Source: Chara braunii
Lineage: Eukaryota; Plantae; Charophyceae
NCBI GenBank assembly: GCA_003427395.1
Contig: BFEA01000008.1
Coordinates: forward strand, 4,861,370-4,923,787
Direction of reading: 5' to 3'
DNA: 62,418 bases
Shown: positions 1 through 11,480 of the stretch, one piece after another
Position numbering within the stretch: the first letter of the stretch is position 1
How the letters are laid out: the number at the start of each line of letters is the position of its first letter
The notes under the pieces: generated by a model
What the model was told of the DNA's origin: nothing
Database searches by the model: none
The model's input: the letters and a program-made list of their open reading frames with translations, nothing else
Made by a program: the position numbers and the translations under genes

Positions 1-74
<74 letters not shown>
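1..74. repeat. (AG)n microsatellite
   Basis: Pure AG dinucleotide run. Confidence 0.99.
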
Positions 75-75
<1 letters not shown>

Positions 76-419
76 AAGGAAAGGGGAGAGGAACTTACCT
101 ACCTAGATGACGATGCTGGATTTGGGTTGCTGAACTCTGTGCTGTTGAGCGCTTGGTGACCGGAACTCTGAAACTGTTTCAAAATTAATATGGTAGTTCG
201 TTGGAATTTCTAAGCTTTGCTAATCTGGACTTTGGCCCTCTGGTTGCCAGTGTGGATTTCGTGTGATCTCTCAATGTGTGTGTGTGCTCGAGGGGACGAG
301 CAGTGTGGCTCAATGGAATTGTGACTGAACAGCTGCTGGGTACGGGAGTAATTTCTGCCATTGGGTACGTGGGCATACCTATAATTTGGCCGGCCCACCC
401 TGTTCCCGGGTATGTTCGT

Positions 420-690
420 TCTGCAAAGTAAGGGCAAACTAAATATAGACTAACTGCATAGGCCATCTGCAAAGTAATGGCAAACTAAATTTAGACTATA
501 GCTGCAGACTTCAGATTAGCCAGACTATCTGCAAAGCAATAGCAAACTAAATTTAGACTAACTGCAGAGGCTAACTGCAAAGTAATTGCAAACTAAATTT
601 AGACTATAGCTTCGGACTGCAGACTAGCTGCATAGCAATTGCAAACTAAGTTTTAGACTATAATACCAACTGCAGACTGCAGAGCAGACT
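420..690. repeat. Degenerate tandem repeat, roughly 45-60 bp units (GCAAAGTAATNGCAAACTAAATTTAGACTA core)
   Basis: Core recurs about 5 times. Confidence 0.8.
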
Positions 691-969
691 ATTTGCTGAC
701 GATAAACCGGCCAGTCATATAGTGACTTGCGTGCAGTTTGGTGTACTACCATCTTTCCCCGAAAACAATGCCCCAGCATCATGACTGTATGCGGACCGGA
801 ATAGGATTTGTAATTTTGTATACGTTCATGATGATGGGGAAAGACGGTAAGCTCGTTTACGTGCAGAGTAACTGGGTAATGGGAAATGGGTCTTCTTCAT
901 CCAAACCTGGCTGTTCATCTCGATCTGACCTGAGTGCAGTGTTTGGGCACTCAGCGGGTTGGTCCACCA

Positions 970-2340
970 GTGTCAATCAGTCATCAGTCCGTCTGTCAGG
1001 GTCAGTCTGTCCATTAGTCAATCAATCAATCCGTTAGTCAGTCAGCCAGCCACTAAGCCAGTCAGTCGGTCAGTCAATCAGTCAGTCCGTTAGTCACTCA
1101 GTCAGCCAGTTATCAGTCCGCCATCAAAGTCAGTCAGTCTGTCAGCCAGTCAGACAGTCAGCCCATCAGTCAGTCGGTTAGTCACTCTGTCAATCCGTTA
1201 GTCACTGAGTCAATCCGTTAGTCACTCAGTCAACCTGTCATCAGTTGGCCAATCGCAGTCGGTCAGTCCGTTAGTCACTGAGTNNNNNNNNNNNNNNNNN
1301 NNNNNNNNNNNNNNNNNNNNNNNNNNNNNNNNNNNNNNNNNNNNNNNNNNNNNNNNNNNNNNNNNNNNNNNNNNNNNNAATCCGTTAGTCACTGAGTCAA
1401 TCCGTTAGTCACTGAGCCAATCCGTTAGTCACTCAGTCAATCCGTTAGTCACTGAGTCAATCCGTTAGTCACTGAGTCAATCCGTTAGTCACTGAGTCAA
1501 TCCGTTAGTCACTCAGTCAACCTGTCATCAGCCGGCCAGTCACAGTCAGTCAGTCGGTCGTCTCTCTGTCAATCCGTTAGTCACTGTCTCAATCCGTTAG
1601 TCACTCAGTCAATCCGTCAGTCACTCAGTCAATCCGTCAGTTACTCAGTCAACCTGTCATCAGTCAGCCAATCGCAGTCAGTCAGTCAGTTAGTCACTGA
1701 GTCAATCCGTTAGTCACTCTCCGTTAGTCACTCAGTCAACCTGTCATCAGCCGGCCAGTCACAGTCAGTCAGTCGGTTCGTCACTCTGGCAATCCGTTAG
1801 TCACTGTCTCAATCTGTTAGTCACTCAGTCAATCCGTTAGTCACTCAGTCAACCTGTCATCAGTCAGCCAATCACAGTCAGTCAGTCGGTTAGTCACTGA
1901 GTCAATCCGTTAGTCACTGAGTCAATCCGTTCGTCACTGAGTCAATCCGTTAGTCACTCAGTCAATCCGTTAGTCACTCGATCAATCCGTTAGTCACTCT
2001 GTCAATCTGTTAGTCACTCAGTCAACCTGTTATCAGTGGGCCAGTCACAGTCAGTCAGTCGGTTAGTCACTCTGTCAGTCTGTTAGTCAATCAGTCCCCT
2101 CAGCCACATTCAGTCAGTACAGGAGTCACAGTCAGTCACATCTAGTCCGATTGTCAGGCATTACCAGCCTCTCCGTCACATTCATTTGATCATACAGTCT
2201 GTCTGCGATTCTGTCTGTCAGTCCATCTGTCTGTCTGTCTGCCAGCCAATTGGTTTGTCTGTCGTTCTGTCAGTCTGTCTGTTGATCTGTCAGTCTGTCA
2301 GTTTGTCCACCAATGAATCAGTCAGGCTGTCAAATTCGTT
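970..2340. repeat. Satellite of 20-bp units (CAATCCGTTAGTCACTSAGT) grading into (CAGT)n/(GTCT)n
   Basis: Many near-perfect tandem copies at 1190-2030, interrupted by an N gap. Confidence 0.95.
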
Positions 2341-2759
2341 GTGCTTGAATTTACTTATCAATGGGGTATCAGCCAACTGACCGATGACATCGAGTGGAGC
2401 GACCAATCAAGCGATCAATCAACTTTTTTCGGTTTTCAATGTGACGCTTAGGGTGTCTACTCCCTAAGCAGAATTGGAGGAAAGCTGTCTGGTTTCTACT
2501 CCATCGTTCTGAAGTCTGAATGTTGAATATTGGTTCTCATCCTTCGGAGCCTTACTGTTTACCAGCAGATGAACCAATGTGCTTGCCTCTGAGATGGTTT
2601 GCAACTTTGCACCCATGGATGTTCTGGGTCTTGTTACCTGGGCCATTCCCAGCAGTATACATTAAAAATCAGTCCAAATTTCTAAAGTAAATGTAAACAA
2701 AGTTAAAAAAAACACACCACCATCAGACACACATGCATGCTACACACTCAAAAGAAGGA

Positions 2760-2807
<48 letters not shown>

Positions 2808-2935
2808 GAGGGGGGGGGGTGAGGAAGAAGGAGAGGAACATGTTGAGGATGTCAAGCAGCCAAAATGAGCAAAGCGTTTCCGTTTTTTTTTGTTTTTTTT
2901 TTTTGGCAGCCTCAGATCTTGGAGGATGCAGGACC

Positions 2936-4021
2936 ATGCAGTGTGAGAGATGGATATTGCCTTGCCTAGGCAGGGCAAGGGCAGAGTCGATCCTGGCGCT
3001 TGGTTATCGTCGATGGACGGCATCTTTATCTACTGTCGAGCGTGTAGCAGCTGCTGCTGATGTAGCAGGGTTAACAGGGAGGCTAGTTGTCCGCCAGTCT
3101 GGGCACTGCGCTCAGCAACTGCATTTTTGCTCTCTGGTTGATGTGTACAAGGCGGACAATAAGTGTGACGGTTGGCGCAGATCCTGTTCCAGGTTCGGTC
3201 CCACAACCTCCGATTCTCAGGCAGTCGACGTGACGTCAACCATGACTGATTTTGCTGATGAATGCAAGAATTCCAATGTGGAGTTGTCGGCAAATGGAGA
3301 GAGTGCAACGTTCCATGCATCGACGAAGCCGAAAAATCTCGTCATGAGACGGACAAACGAAAAACTTGTGCCTGCCACAGCAGAAAATGTATGTGTTGCT
3401 GCGAGTGCTCTGCAGCAGGGAGATGTAATCGCCGTCCCAACTGACACGTTGTATGGCTTAGCAGCTGACGCACAGTCTGCATCTGCCATCTTCAAGCTGT
3501 ATGAGATCAAGGGTCGGGATCTGAAGAATCCTCTCGCCATCTGTGTCGGCAATGTCGCGGATATTCCCTTCTACGGCGACACTCGCCATTTGCCGGAGGG
3601 TCTTCTCCTGAAACTTCTTCCCGGGCCCGTAACTCTTGTACTCCCCAGGCATGCTCTTAGCCGGCTTCATCCTTCTCTTAACCCCGGTGTGGCCGGGATC
3701 GGGGTGAGGGTACCGGATACGGCTTTTATCCGGGACGTGGCGAGAAGTTTTGGAGGGGCCTTGGCATTGACAAGCGCGAACGTGAGTGGTGGGCTCAGTC
3801 CCGTAAGCGTGATGGAGTTTGAATCTCTCTGGCATCATTGTGCTCATGTTTTCGATGCAGGTACCATTTGTGGAAATAGCAGCGGTAGTGAGAGGGAGGG
3901 GTCCACAGTCGTCGAGCTTGTGGAACCGGGCAGGTACAGTATCCTTCGTGCCGGGAGCGCCCGGGATGAGACAGCTGCCATCCTGAAAGAGTTTGGCTTG
4001 CAGGACGCCAAGCAGAAGTAA
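2936..4021 (+). CDS. YRDC: Threonylcarbamoyl-AMP synthase (Sua5/YrdC/TsaC family), intronless, with a possible N-terminal targeting extension
   Basis: Motifs PTDTLYGL, KGR...NPL, LPGPVT, IGVRVP, LTSANVSG and STVV are all intact. The start is uncertain (ATGs at 2839, 2849, 2936, 3242 are in frame). Confidence 0.92.
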   Translation: MQCERWILPCLGRARAESILALGYRRWTASLSTVERVAAAADVAGLTGRLVVRQSGHCAQQLHFCSLVDVYKADNKCDGWRRSCSRFGPTTSDSQAVDVTSTMTDFADECKNSNVELSANGESATFHASTKPKNLVMRRTNEKLVPATAENVCVAASALQQGDVIAVPTDTLYGLAADAQSASAIFKLYEIKGRDLKNPLAICVGNVADIPFYGDTRHLPEGLLLKLLPGPVTLVLPRHALSRLHPSLNPGVAGIGVRVPDTAFIRDVARSFGGALALTSANVSGGLSPVSVMEFESLWHHCAHVFDAGTICGNSSGSEREGSTVVELVEPGRYSILRAGSARDETAAILKEFGLQDAKQK

Positions 4022-4104
4022 CTCTTCTGGCAGGATGGGTGGACAGACAGGAGACAGAAAGGAGAAAGGAGAAAGGAGAAAGGAGGAGAGCGATGATTTT
4101 ATTG

Positions 4105-4166
4105 TTCAGGGTCTAGGGGCTTAGGGCTTAGGGTTTAGGGTTTAGGGCCCAGGGTTTAGGGTTTAG
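4105..4166 (+). repeat. Interstitial plant-type telomeric repeat (TTTAGGG)n, degenerate
   Basis: gggtttagggtttaggg units; a (GGGTT)n tract follows at ~4320-4445. Confidence 0.8.
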
Positions 4167-4849
4167 TTTATGAGGGTATTCACAGCAACTTCGAAAAGGG
4201 CTTGAAGTTTACGGTGCTTCCCTGTTTTCGCTCCTGTTCGTGGTTTGTCTTCGTGCTTGGATTTTGTATGTGTCTGTGCAGCATTTGTTTGCGTGGTCAG
4301 GTGTGCACACATGCTTGTGTGCCGGTTTGAGTTGGTTGCGTTGGGTTTGGTTTTTTGCGGCTGGGTTTGGAGTTCGGTTGGGTTTGGTTTGGGGGTTGGG
4401 GTCTGGGTTGGGTTGGGTTGGGTTGGGTTGGGTTGGGTTTAGGGTATGGTTGAGTAGATGTTAACGGGGTCTTTAGATTATTATAAAACAGATTAGCAGT
4501 GGTTAAAGGATTATTGATCAGCAATAGAATTGTCATCAAAACACTCAGTAAACCCAACCAAGTTTGATTTTTCTTCATCCATGCTTGGATGTCGTATGTG
4601 TCTGTCCATTTCCATGGTTGGGCGTGCTTACACGCTTGTTTGTTGGTTTTGATTTTTTGATGGGTCGAGTTGGGTTCGTTCAGTTTGGTGGGGTTTGGTC
4701 GAGAAGTGGTTCACCGAGCCCGGAATTTCCACTGCTCAGTCATGCACTCGACTCTCCCACAGCTGATTCTCTCCATGTTTAAAGGTTAAAACAAAATCTG
4801 ATCCTTGTTTTGGGGGGGTGGGGGTAAGGGAAGGTGGGGCTGAAAGGTG

Positions 4850-5884
4850 GTCTCTTATACACATCTAGATGTGTNNNNNNNNNNNNNNNNNNNNNTGGCT
4901 CACTGCACTCGCACTTCTACTATAGTCTTGCGTATGCAATACTATGCATTAACCTTCAAGAGGAGGGTAAAATGGTAATTCAGTGTGAAGCCTGTCTCTT
5001 ATACACATCTAGATGTGTATAAGAGACAGGCTCCGCAGGGTGCAGCGGCCAAGAGGGTGGGTGCAGCAACAGAGAATACCAAGAAAGTAGAGGTACATCA
5101 ACCTTCACGAACATGCGCAACCATTTGGTGATGTCTTCGCATGTTCGTGAAGGTTGATGTACCTCTACTTTCTTGGTATTCTCTGTTGCTGCACCCACCC
5201 TCTTGGCCGCTGCACCCTGCGGAGCTGATTGCTGCAGTGAAGCTTTGCATCTTTTCAAGAATAGAATTTTCCAAAGAAAAAAAAAAAAAAAGAGTTTCCG
5301 ATCCGAGAATGTGACTCTGTGTCTTTGGATGCCGTGCCATTTCTTGGGCCAAACCAGGCATTGAGGAAAATCTGCATCCAGGCAAAACGGGCATCGAGGC
5401 ATTGAGGCCAAACGAGGCGTTGAGGGAAACATCAGTTACACTTCCTCAATGCCTCGTTTGGCCCAGATGCATCCAGAATGATCCAGAACAGCCCTGCGGC
5501 GGTGAGTATGCCGTCCTTAGAGCACGAGGATGAGGAGGAAAAGTGTTACAGTCTTGATGTGCTCTTCTTCTTTTCCTTTCCTTTCTTTTTTTTTTTTTTT
5601 GGGTACCAAAAAAAAGAAAAGAAAAGAAAGAAAGGACAAAAATAAGAGAAAGGAAAATAAGCAATTGCAAGAGTGAACCTCACATTGAGCCAGGAGTGGC
5701 CAATCCTCATTCCTAACTTTTGCACCTGTCTCTTATACACATCTAGATGTGTATAAGAGACAGAGCCAGGAGTGGCCAATCCTCATTCCTAACTTTTGCT
5801 CTTCCTCCCTTCCCTGCTCCTCTCCATCCCCTAGCTCCACCTCCCCCTGTCTCTTATACACATCTAGATGTGTATAAGAGACAG
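4850..5884. other. Assembly artefact cluster: Nextera mate-pair junction adapters (Tn5 mosaic-end palindrome) at 4850-4874 (partial), 4992-5029, 5726-5763 and 5847-5884
   Basis: Exact CTGTCTCTTATACACATCTAGATGTGTATAAGAGACAG. Flanking 4896-4990 is a copy of ~19686-19780. Confidence 0.97.
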
Positions 5885-6585
5885 CCCCTAACCCCACCCA
5901 CCCTTCCACAAACCCCAACCAGTCCTGTTATCCCGTTGCCCCTTTGGTATAAAGTTACAATAAACAGTTGCAAGTTGCAACACCATTCTTTTTTTTTTTG
6001 TTTTCTTTTTCTTTTTGTTGAAAGGGTGGTGGCAAGAAGCACTCCTCCTTGCAAAGTTAAGCCACCGTGCTTGCTCTGCCGCAACTCTCAGGAAGTATGG
6101 GGCGGCGCGGTTTCACGGCACTTCCATCCAAGCAAAACAGGTCACACGCGAGGCCCGTTTTGCCTGGATGGATGGATGTCCCTAACGAAACGGCATCCCA
6201 GTACTTCCTGAGAGTCCCAGCTGCTGCATGCATGCCGCGACTTTGACTTTCTAGCTGGGAAATCAATGTACTGGTGGTTGAATGCCTGATTTTTTCCCCC
6301 CAATTCCTTGGTTGGACGTGATTGAGGTCAGATTCGTCCACGTCTGGCCGTAATTGCAGTCAGATACGCTTTCGAAAGCGCTAGTGTGAGTATGCCCTTA
6401 ATATATTCCACTTGGTAACCTGCATTCGTTTGGAGCGACTGCTCAGTCACTGAAAGCACAAATAAATTCTAGAAGCTTTTTCCACACTTGGATATCAGAA
6501 ACACTGCAAAATCACTCAGTTTTTTTTTTTTATTTTTTAGGTAGCCTTATTAGCTTGATTCAAATTCCACTCCTTTTCCCGGAAA

Positions 6586-6617
<32 letters not shown>

Positions 6618-8621
6618 CCCAACAAACCAAAGGCCCTCTGTCGTCATCAATGTTTTTTCAGTCCTAGCTTAATTCAATATCTGTCACTTTCCTATGCCCT
6701 TTTGGTGACCAACTTCTCAAAAAAAAAAAAAAAAAAAACCTTTTGGCACAGTCTTTTGTGGTTTCCTTATGGACCCATTCACTCTGCGGAGATTGACTGG
6801 ATCAGCCCGCCCTCCCCCCCTCTTCCCCCCGCCCAAAAAAAAAAGACCATGTCAACGCCAACTGAGGACTGCTCCTGGGCATTGTACACATCTGTGTTTT
6901 ACCGTCTCTCAGATCTTAGGGGACATGGGACGCTGGACCTGGTTTCCAGCAGGTGCAGCTTCCCACAAATAGATGGAGAGTGGCCATATCTAGACTTATT
7001 AGGCGGGGATGCTCATCATCCCACCCTAGGCCCCAGGGCCTCCTAATATGTCTGTGGCAGCTTTTCTTCAAAAAATAATAATAATAATAATAAAAAAATG
7101 GACAGAAAGCTCGATGACAGGGTTTGCAGTAGGGAAATGTTCGGCCCAAGTATGGCTACAATTGTCATGCCTGTTTTTTTTAACGAACGGGCCCAGTGCC
7201 CAAGGCTGAATTATATACTCTGCTGGAAACCATGGGCCGCGTCCCTTACAAAAAGAAGGGGGTGGCCCCGTCGGAATGATCCAGGCACGTAAAAAACCCT
7301 AATTGGGCGCAATGGGAAACCGAGTCAACTGACAACGAAAGCCCCCAAAAAGGGGCAACCATCCGACGCTGTTTCCACCACACCCTGAAAAACCCACCCC
7401 ACCTCCCGCGTAACAGGGGTTTGTATCTGCAGGCCCCCAGCTGCAGAGGCAGACCCTGCAAAACCCACCCAACCCCTCGTGACGCAGGGCGGATTGGGAA
7501 GCCTAATGCAGCATATGACCTCCTCACGATTTAGGGCAAGCTGCACCACCAGGCGGAGTCAACTCCCTTGGGAAGCATAAAAACATTATATGACCCTAAT
7601 CGGGCGCACCACCAGGGCAAGCTGCTTTCATTGTCGGTTTCCCATTGTCCTAAACAGCGGTTTCCCATTGTCCCCAATTGTCGGTTGCCCAGGGCAAGCT
7701 GCTTTCATTGTCGGTTGCCCAGGGCGCAATGGGAAACCGACAACGAAAGCAGCATATGACCTCCTCACGATTTAGGGCAAGCTGCACCACCAGGCGGAGT
7801 CAACTCCCTTAGGACACCCACTTACTTCGGGGGAAGAAGGTAATGCTCCCACTTACTTCCAAAAAGAACGCCCGTTCATTATAGCTGTATTTGGCACAAC
7901 TTTTGGTCCAGATGCAGCGATAATGACCGGGCAGCTTCACCCGGCTGCAAGGCATATTGAAGGAATGAGGGAGGACGCTGCGCCACCAAGCAGAGTCAAC
8001 TCCCTTAGGACACCCACTTACTTTGGGGGAAAAAGGTAATGCTCCCACCGCTCACCATATGATGGAGTCTCGGCACAGGAGAAGCTCACTCCTCCGTCAC
8101 GGTGCTTTGCCAATCCAACGAGTCGTTTTTATTAAAAGAAAAAGAAAAGGGCGACAGCCTCGAGATATCATCATCATGAAACTGGCCAGCCGCAGGTAAT
8201 CAAGGAATTTTGTTCAGCTGATTCCGTCTGGATTCCACTTCGGTCTGCATTTCAACAGTTTATGTAGAGCTAAGCCGTCGGTTGCCTTCCGCTTTTTGGC
8301 AGGGCACTACCATCTTCCCCCGACCACAATGCACCCTCATTTTGGCTGTCCCTGACCAGAAATTTAGCTTGTATACGTTCATTATCAGGGTGTGTTATGT
8401 TCAGGGAAGACGGTAGTAATCAATACTCTTTATTACCCAAAATAATCTGGTACATGCTATCTGTCAGAGTTCTATCTTCCTCTCCGGCCATCAATATCGA
8501 AAGATTACTGAGTGGGTTTCAGGGTGCAAAACCCCTACTCACCCCCCTTAGCCCAAACTACACTGCACAAGGATATAAGGTTAGCAAAAATCATGGAAAA
8601 ATGTGGAAAGGAGGGGGGGAC

Positions 8622-8730
8622 TACCCTCTTCACCCGAATAGAACGCCCGGTCATTATAGCTGTATTTGGCACAACTTTCGGTCCAGATGCAGCGATAATG
8701 ACCGGGCGTTCTATTCGGGTGAAGAGGGTA
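8622..8730. mobile_element. ~110-bp palindromic MITE with TA flanks (Tc1/mariner, Tc2/pogo-like termini); best-preserved copy
   Basis: 36-bp perfect IR taccctcttcacccgaatagaacgcccggtcattat. Relatives at 747-849, 8308-8415, 8893-9001, 9810-9920, 14195-14302, ~32050-32150, ~32303-32417 and ~34990-35130, plus partial copies. Confidence 0.8.
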
Positions 8731-9482
8731 GGGGTTTTGCACCCTGAAACCCAGAACGATCCTCTCCTGCCCAAAGGGCCCAATTAGGGGCCTAACAACC
8801 TCAGGACGTCAGCCTTGGGTCATCTCAGCCCAGCACTCCCTGGCTAATGACTGGGGGCCTTTCTAATCCTGATGCAATCTGGCATGCCAGACTACCTTCT
8901 TCCCCCGAATACAACGTACGGTCATTCTAGCTGTATTTGGGGTATTTTTCAGTCTAAATACAGCTATAACGACCAGGCGTTCTATTCGGGGGAAGAAGGT
9001 AATGCTCCCACCTACTTCCACGACTGTGTCGAAAACTTGGCTGCAAGGCATATTGAAGGAATGAGGGAGGATGCTGCCGCAACTGTTGGAAGACCCGGCG
9101 ACCAGGGAAGAAATTCTCCGTACCTGCCTATTTTACATGAATTACCCAAAAAAGTAAGGAGATCTTTGTTCCCCTCCTCTCCTTAACACTGGGCATGCCC
9201 GTGCAAAGAAAGCTTTCTTCTTCTTCTTCTTCTTCTTCTTTTTTTTTTTTTTTTTTTTTAAGCAGAGACTAACAATACAATCTCTGGTAAGTTGCTATCT
9301 AATATCTAATCCCAGGTCAGCTTTCCAACATCTACAGGCCTACAGGCACAGGCAGGGAACAGCAGTGGCAACAAAACAACCCATCTGCACCAAACTCTCC
9401 TTCCCTCAGAATAGAGAAGGTGAGCTCTGACAGTACAGTGGAAGATTCTTGATGGACAAAAGTTGAGTTCAAGGTCACGAAC

Positions 9483-9553
9483 CGGCTTAGCTCAGTTGGC
9501 ACACCTACACCCCTTTGACTGTTGAAATATGGATCTGAGTTCGAACGCTACAG
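9483..9553 (+). pseudogene. tRNA-derived SINE-like head (Pol III A and B boxes)
   Basis: TAGCTCAGTTGG ... GAGTTCGAACGC; no cloverleaf. Confidence 0.45.
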
Positions 9554-11089
9554 GAAGGAGATATGTCCAGGCAGGCTTAAACTATTTCCAGGAATGGACG
9601 GCGGTGTCGGGTGGATCATCTCTGATCAGGCCGGGGGCACGGCGTGATCAGAGATGAGTGCACCCGACCCGATGTCGAGGACCGAAGGACTGATCGCAGC
9701 GTGCGCGTCAGTCGACCATCAGGATATAATAGCCTTCATTGAGCTAGAAGGCGAGGAGGCAATCCAGGCCAGTCTCACTCAGAACTGGCAACACAGGACT
9801 CTAGAGCACTATCGTCTTCACCCCCGAATATAACGCCCGGTCATTATAGCCGTATTTGGGGCAATTTGCTGTCCAGATGCAGCGATAATTACCGGGCGTT
9901 CTATTCAGGTGAAGACGGCAGGAGTCCAGGCCCTCTCCACAAAATTCCTGCCCCCTTTTTATCCACCTTATTCTATCTGTGCTGGACACACTATGAAGGT
10001 AGGGCGGTCTCCTGTGAGTGGCTTCAGCTGCGCTCACGTGTCCCTGCTGCACTGTGGGGTTCGGAGAATGGAATGGACCTCCGCATGGTGATTTGTGACG
10101 CCTGTCATCATCCCTGCTTGGAGGACAGCCAACATTTTTTTGTGGTGGTCCCGGTGAGAATACATCATTGCTCGAGGGTGTGTAGCACAGACAACGTGTT
10201 GGGGGTTTCGAGAAAAAGAGAACACCCCGAATACATTCTAGCCCCCCAATCGCAGCCCTCCACACATACCCTTGTTTGGTTGGACAACGTCTTTTGGGCA
10301 GCCCTCCACACATACCCTTGCTCGGTTGGACTTTTGGGCAGTCCCTAGGAGGCTAGGCCCTCCTTGCGGCCCGCCGTGCATTCGGACCGTACAACAGCCC
10401 ATGCGGATTTGAGAAACATCAAAGATTGGCGGCGGCTTCCTCTTCCGGATAGACCACCGCCCAGTAGGTGAAAGGAGGTTCTTCGCCAACCCTTATTCCA
10501 CAATCGCTGGATAAGGGATCGACATGGGAGAGCATTCCCAGGCTTGGGGAAACCATGGGACTCTTGGATCAGGATAGGAGTCCGCAAGGTGGATGCGAGA
10601 TTGGTTATTTGAATATCCTCTGAAAACTAAATCGAACTCTATTCAACATACTGCTCCTTTTTCATTCGAAAGAGCATAGAGGATGTCCAAATGGAGATTG
10701 GATCTTTCCATCCTTATTCTAATTACAGACATAAATATTTTAGTTTATTGCCTAGTCCTTCCTTTCTTAATCTCGAAGCTCCTCAAGAATCTGAAGCTCG
10801 TAAGTGCCGCACGCACATGGTTGTAAAATCGTAAACAATTGTCCGCAAAGCCGAGTCTTTTCCTATCTAACTCCCCCCTTCAAGCCTAGCTGTCTAGGCG
10901 CTGAAACTCATATTTTCTCTGTCAGCTTTTCGGAGATAGGATCAACTGCAACAGTTTCCGATAAACATATAGCCCACTTTACCCTCTCTTCCTCTTCTAC
11001 ATGTCTCATTCCCCCTGCCTTTCTGTTCAGTCTGCACCACATGGACTTTCTTTGATGGGGTTTTCTATATCCTTTTTACGCCAAGACCC

Positions 11090-11480
11090 ATCTTTCCCCC
11101 ACAACTTCGCCCAATCATTCGGAACCACCCTTCACCCTATCAGGGAGAGGCCCTGCCCTTCCCTGAGTGTCACTCGTTGCCACCTACCATTCCGCCGCTA
11201 CTTCTCGCAGCCCTTTTGAACCATCCCCCCCAACCCTCTAAGGGAGAGGCCTTGCCCTCCCTCTGCCCCTCACCGCCTATCACTCCTTGCCACCTACCAT
11301 TCCGCCGCTACTTCTCGCAACCCTTTTGAACCATCCCCCCAACCCTCTAAGGGAGAGGCCTTGCCCTCCCTCTGCCCCTCGCCGCCTATCATTCCTTCAC
11401 TACTTCCCACAACCCTTGTGGACCACCACCCTTCACCCTATTAGGGAGAGCCCCTGCGCTGCCTCTGCTCCTCACCAGGT
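11090..11480. repeat. ~107-bp tandem repeat, 3-4 copies
   Basis: ccacctaccattccgccgctacttctcgca...agggagaggccttgccctcc repeated. Confidence 0.85.

Noticed and set aside
232-256. Possible LTR end plus PBS on the - strand (CA-C-TGGCAACCAGAGGG)
   Set aside because: Could not assign a tRNA or find a partner LTR
5030-5225. Perfect ~88-bp inverted repeat (miRNA/MITE candidate)
   Set aside because: Begins exactly at an adapter, so it is probably a fold-back artefact
4992-5884. Repeated palindromic 38-mer with unique spacers (CRISPR-like or Tn5 ends)
   Set aside because: Exact Nextera mate-pair junction adapter; spacing is irregular and there are no cas genes
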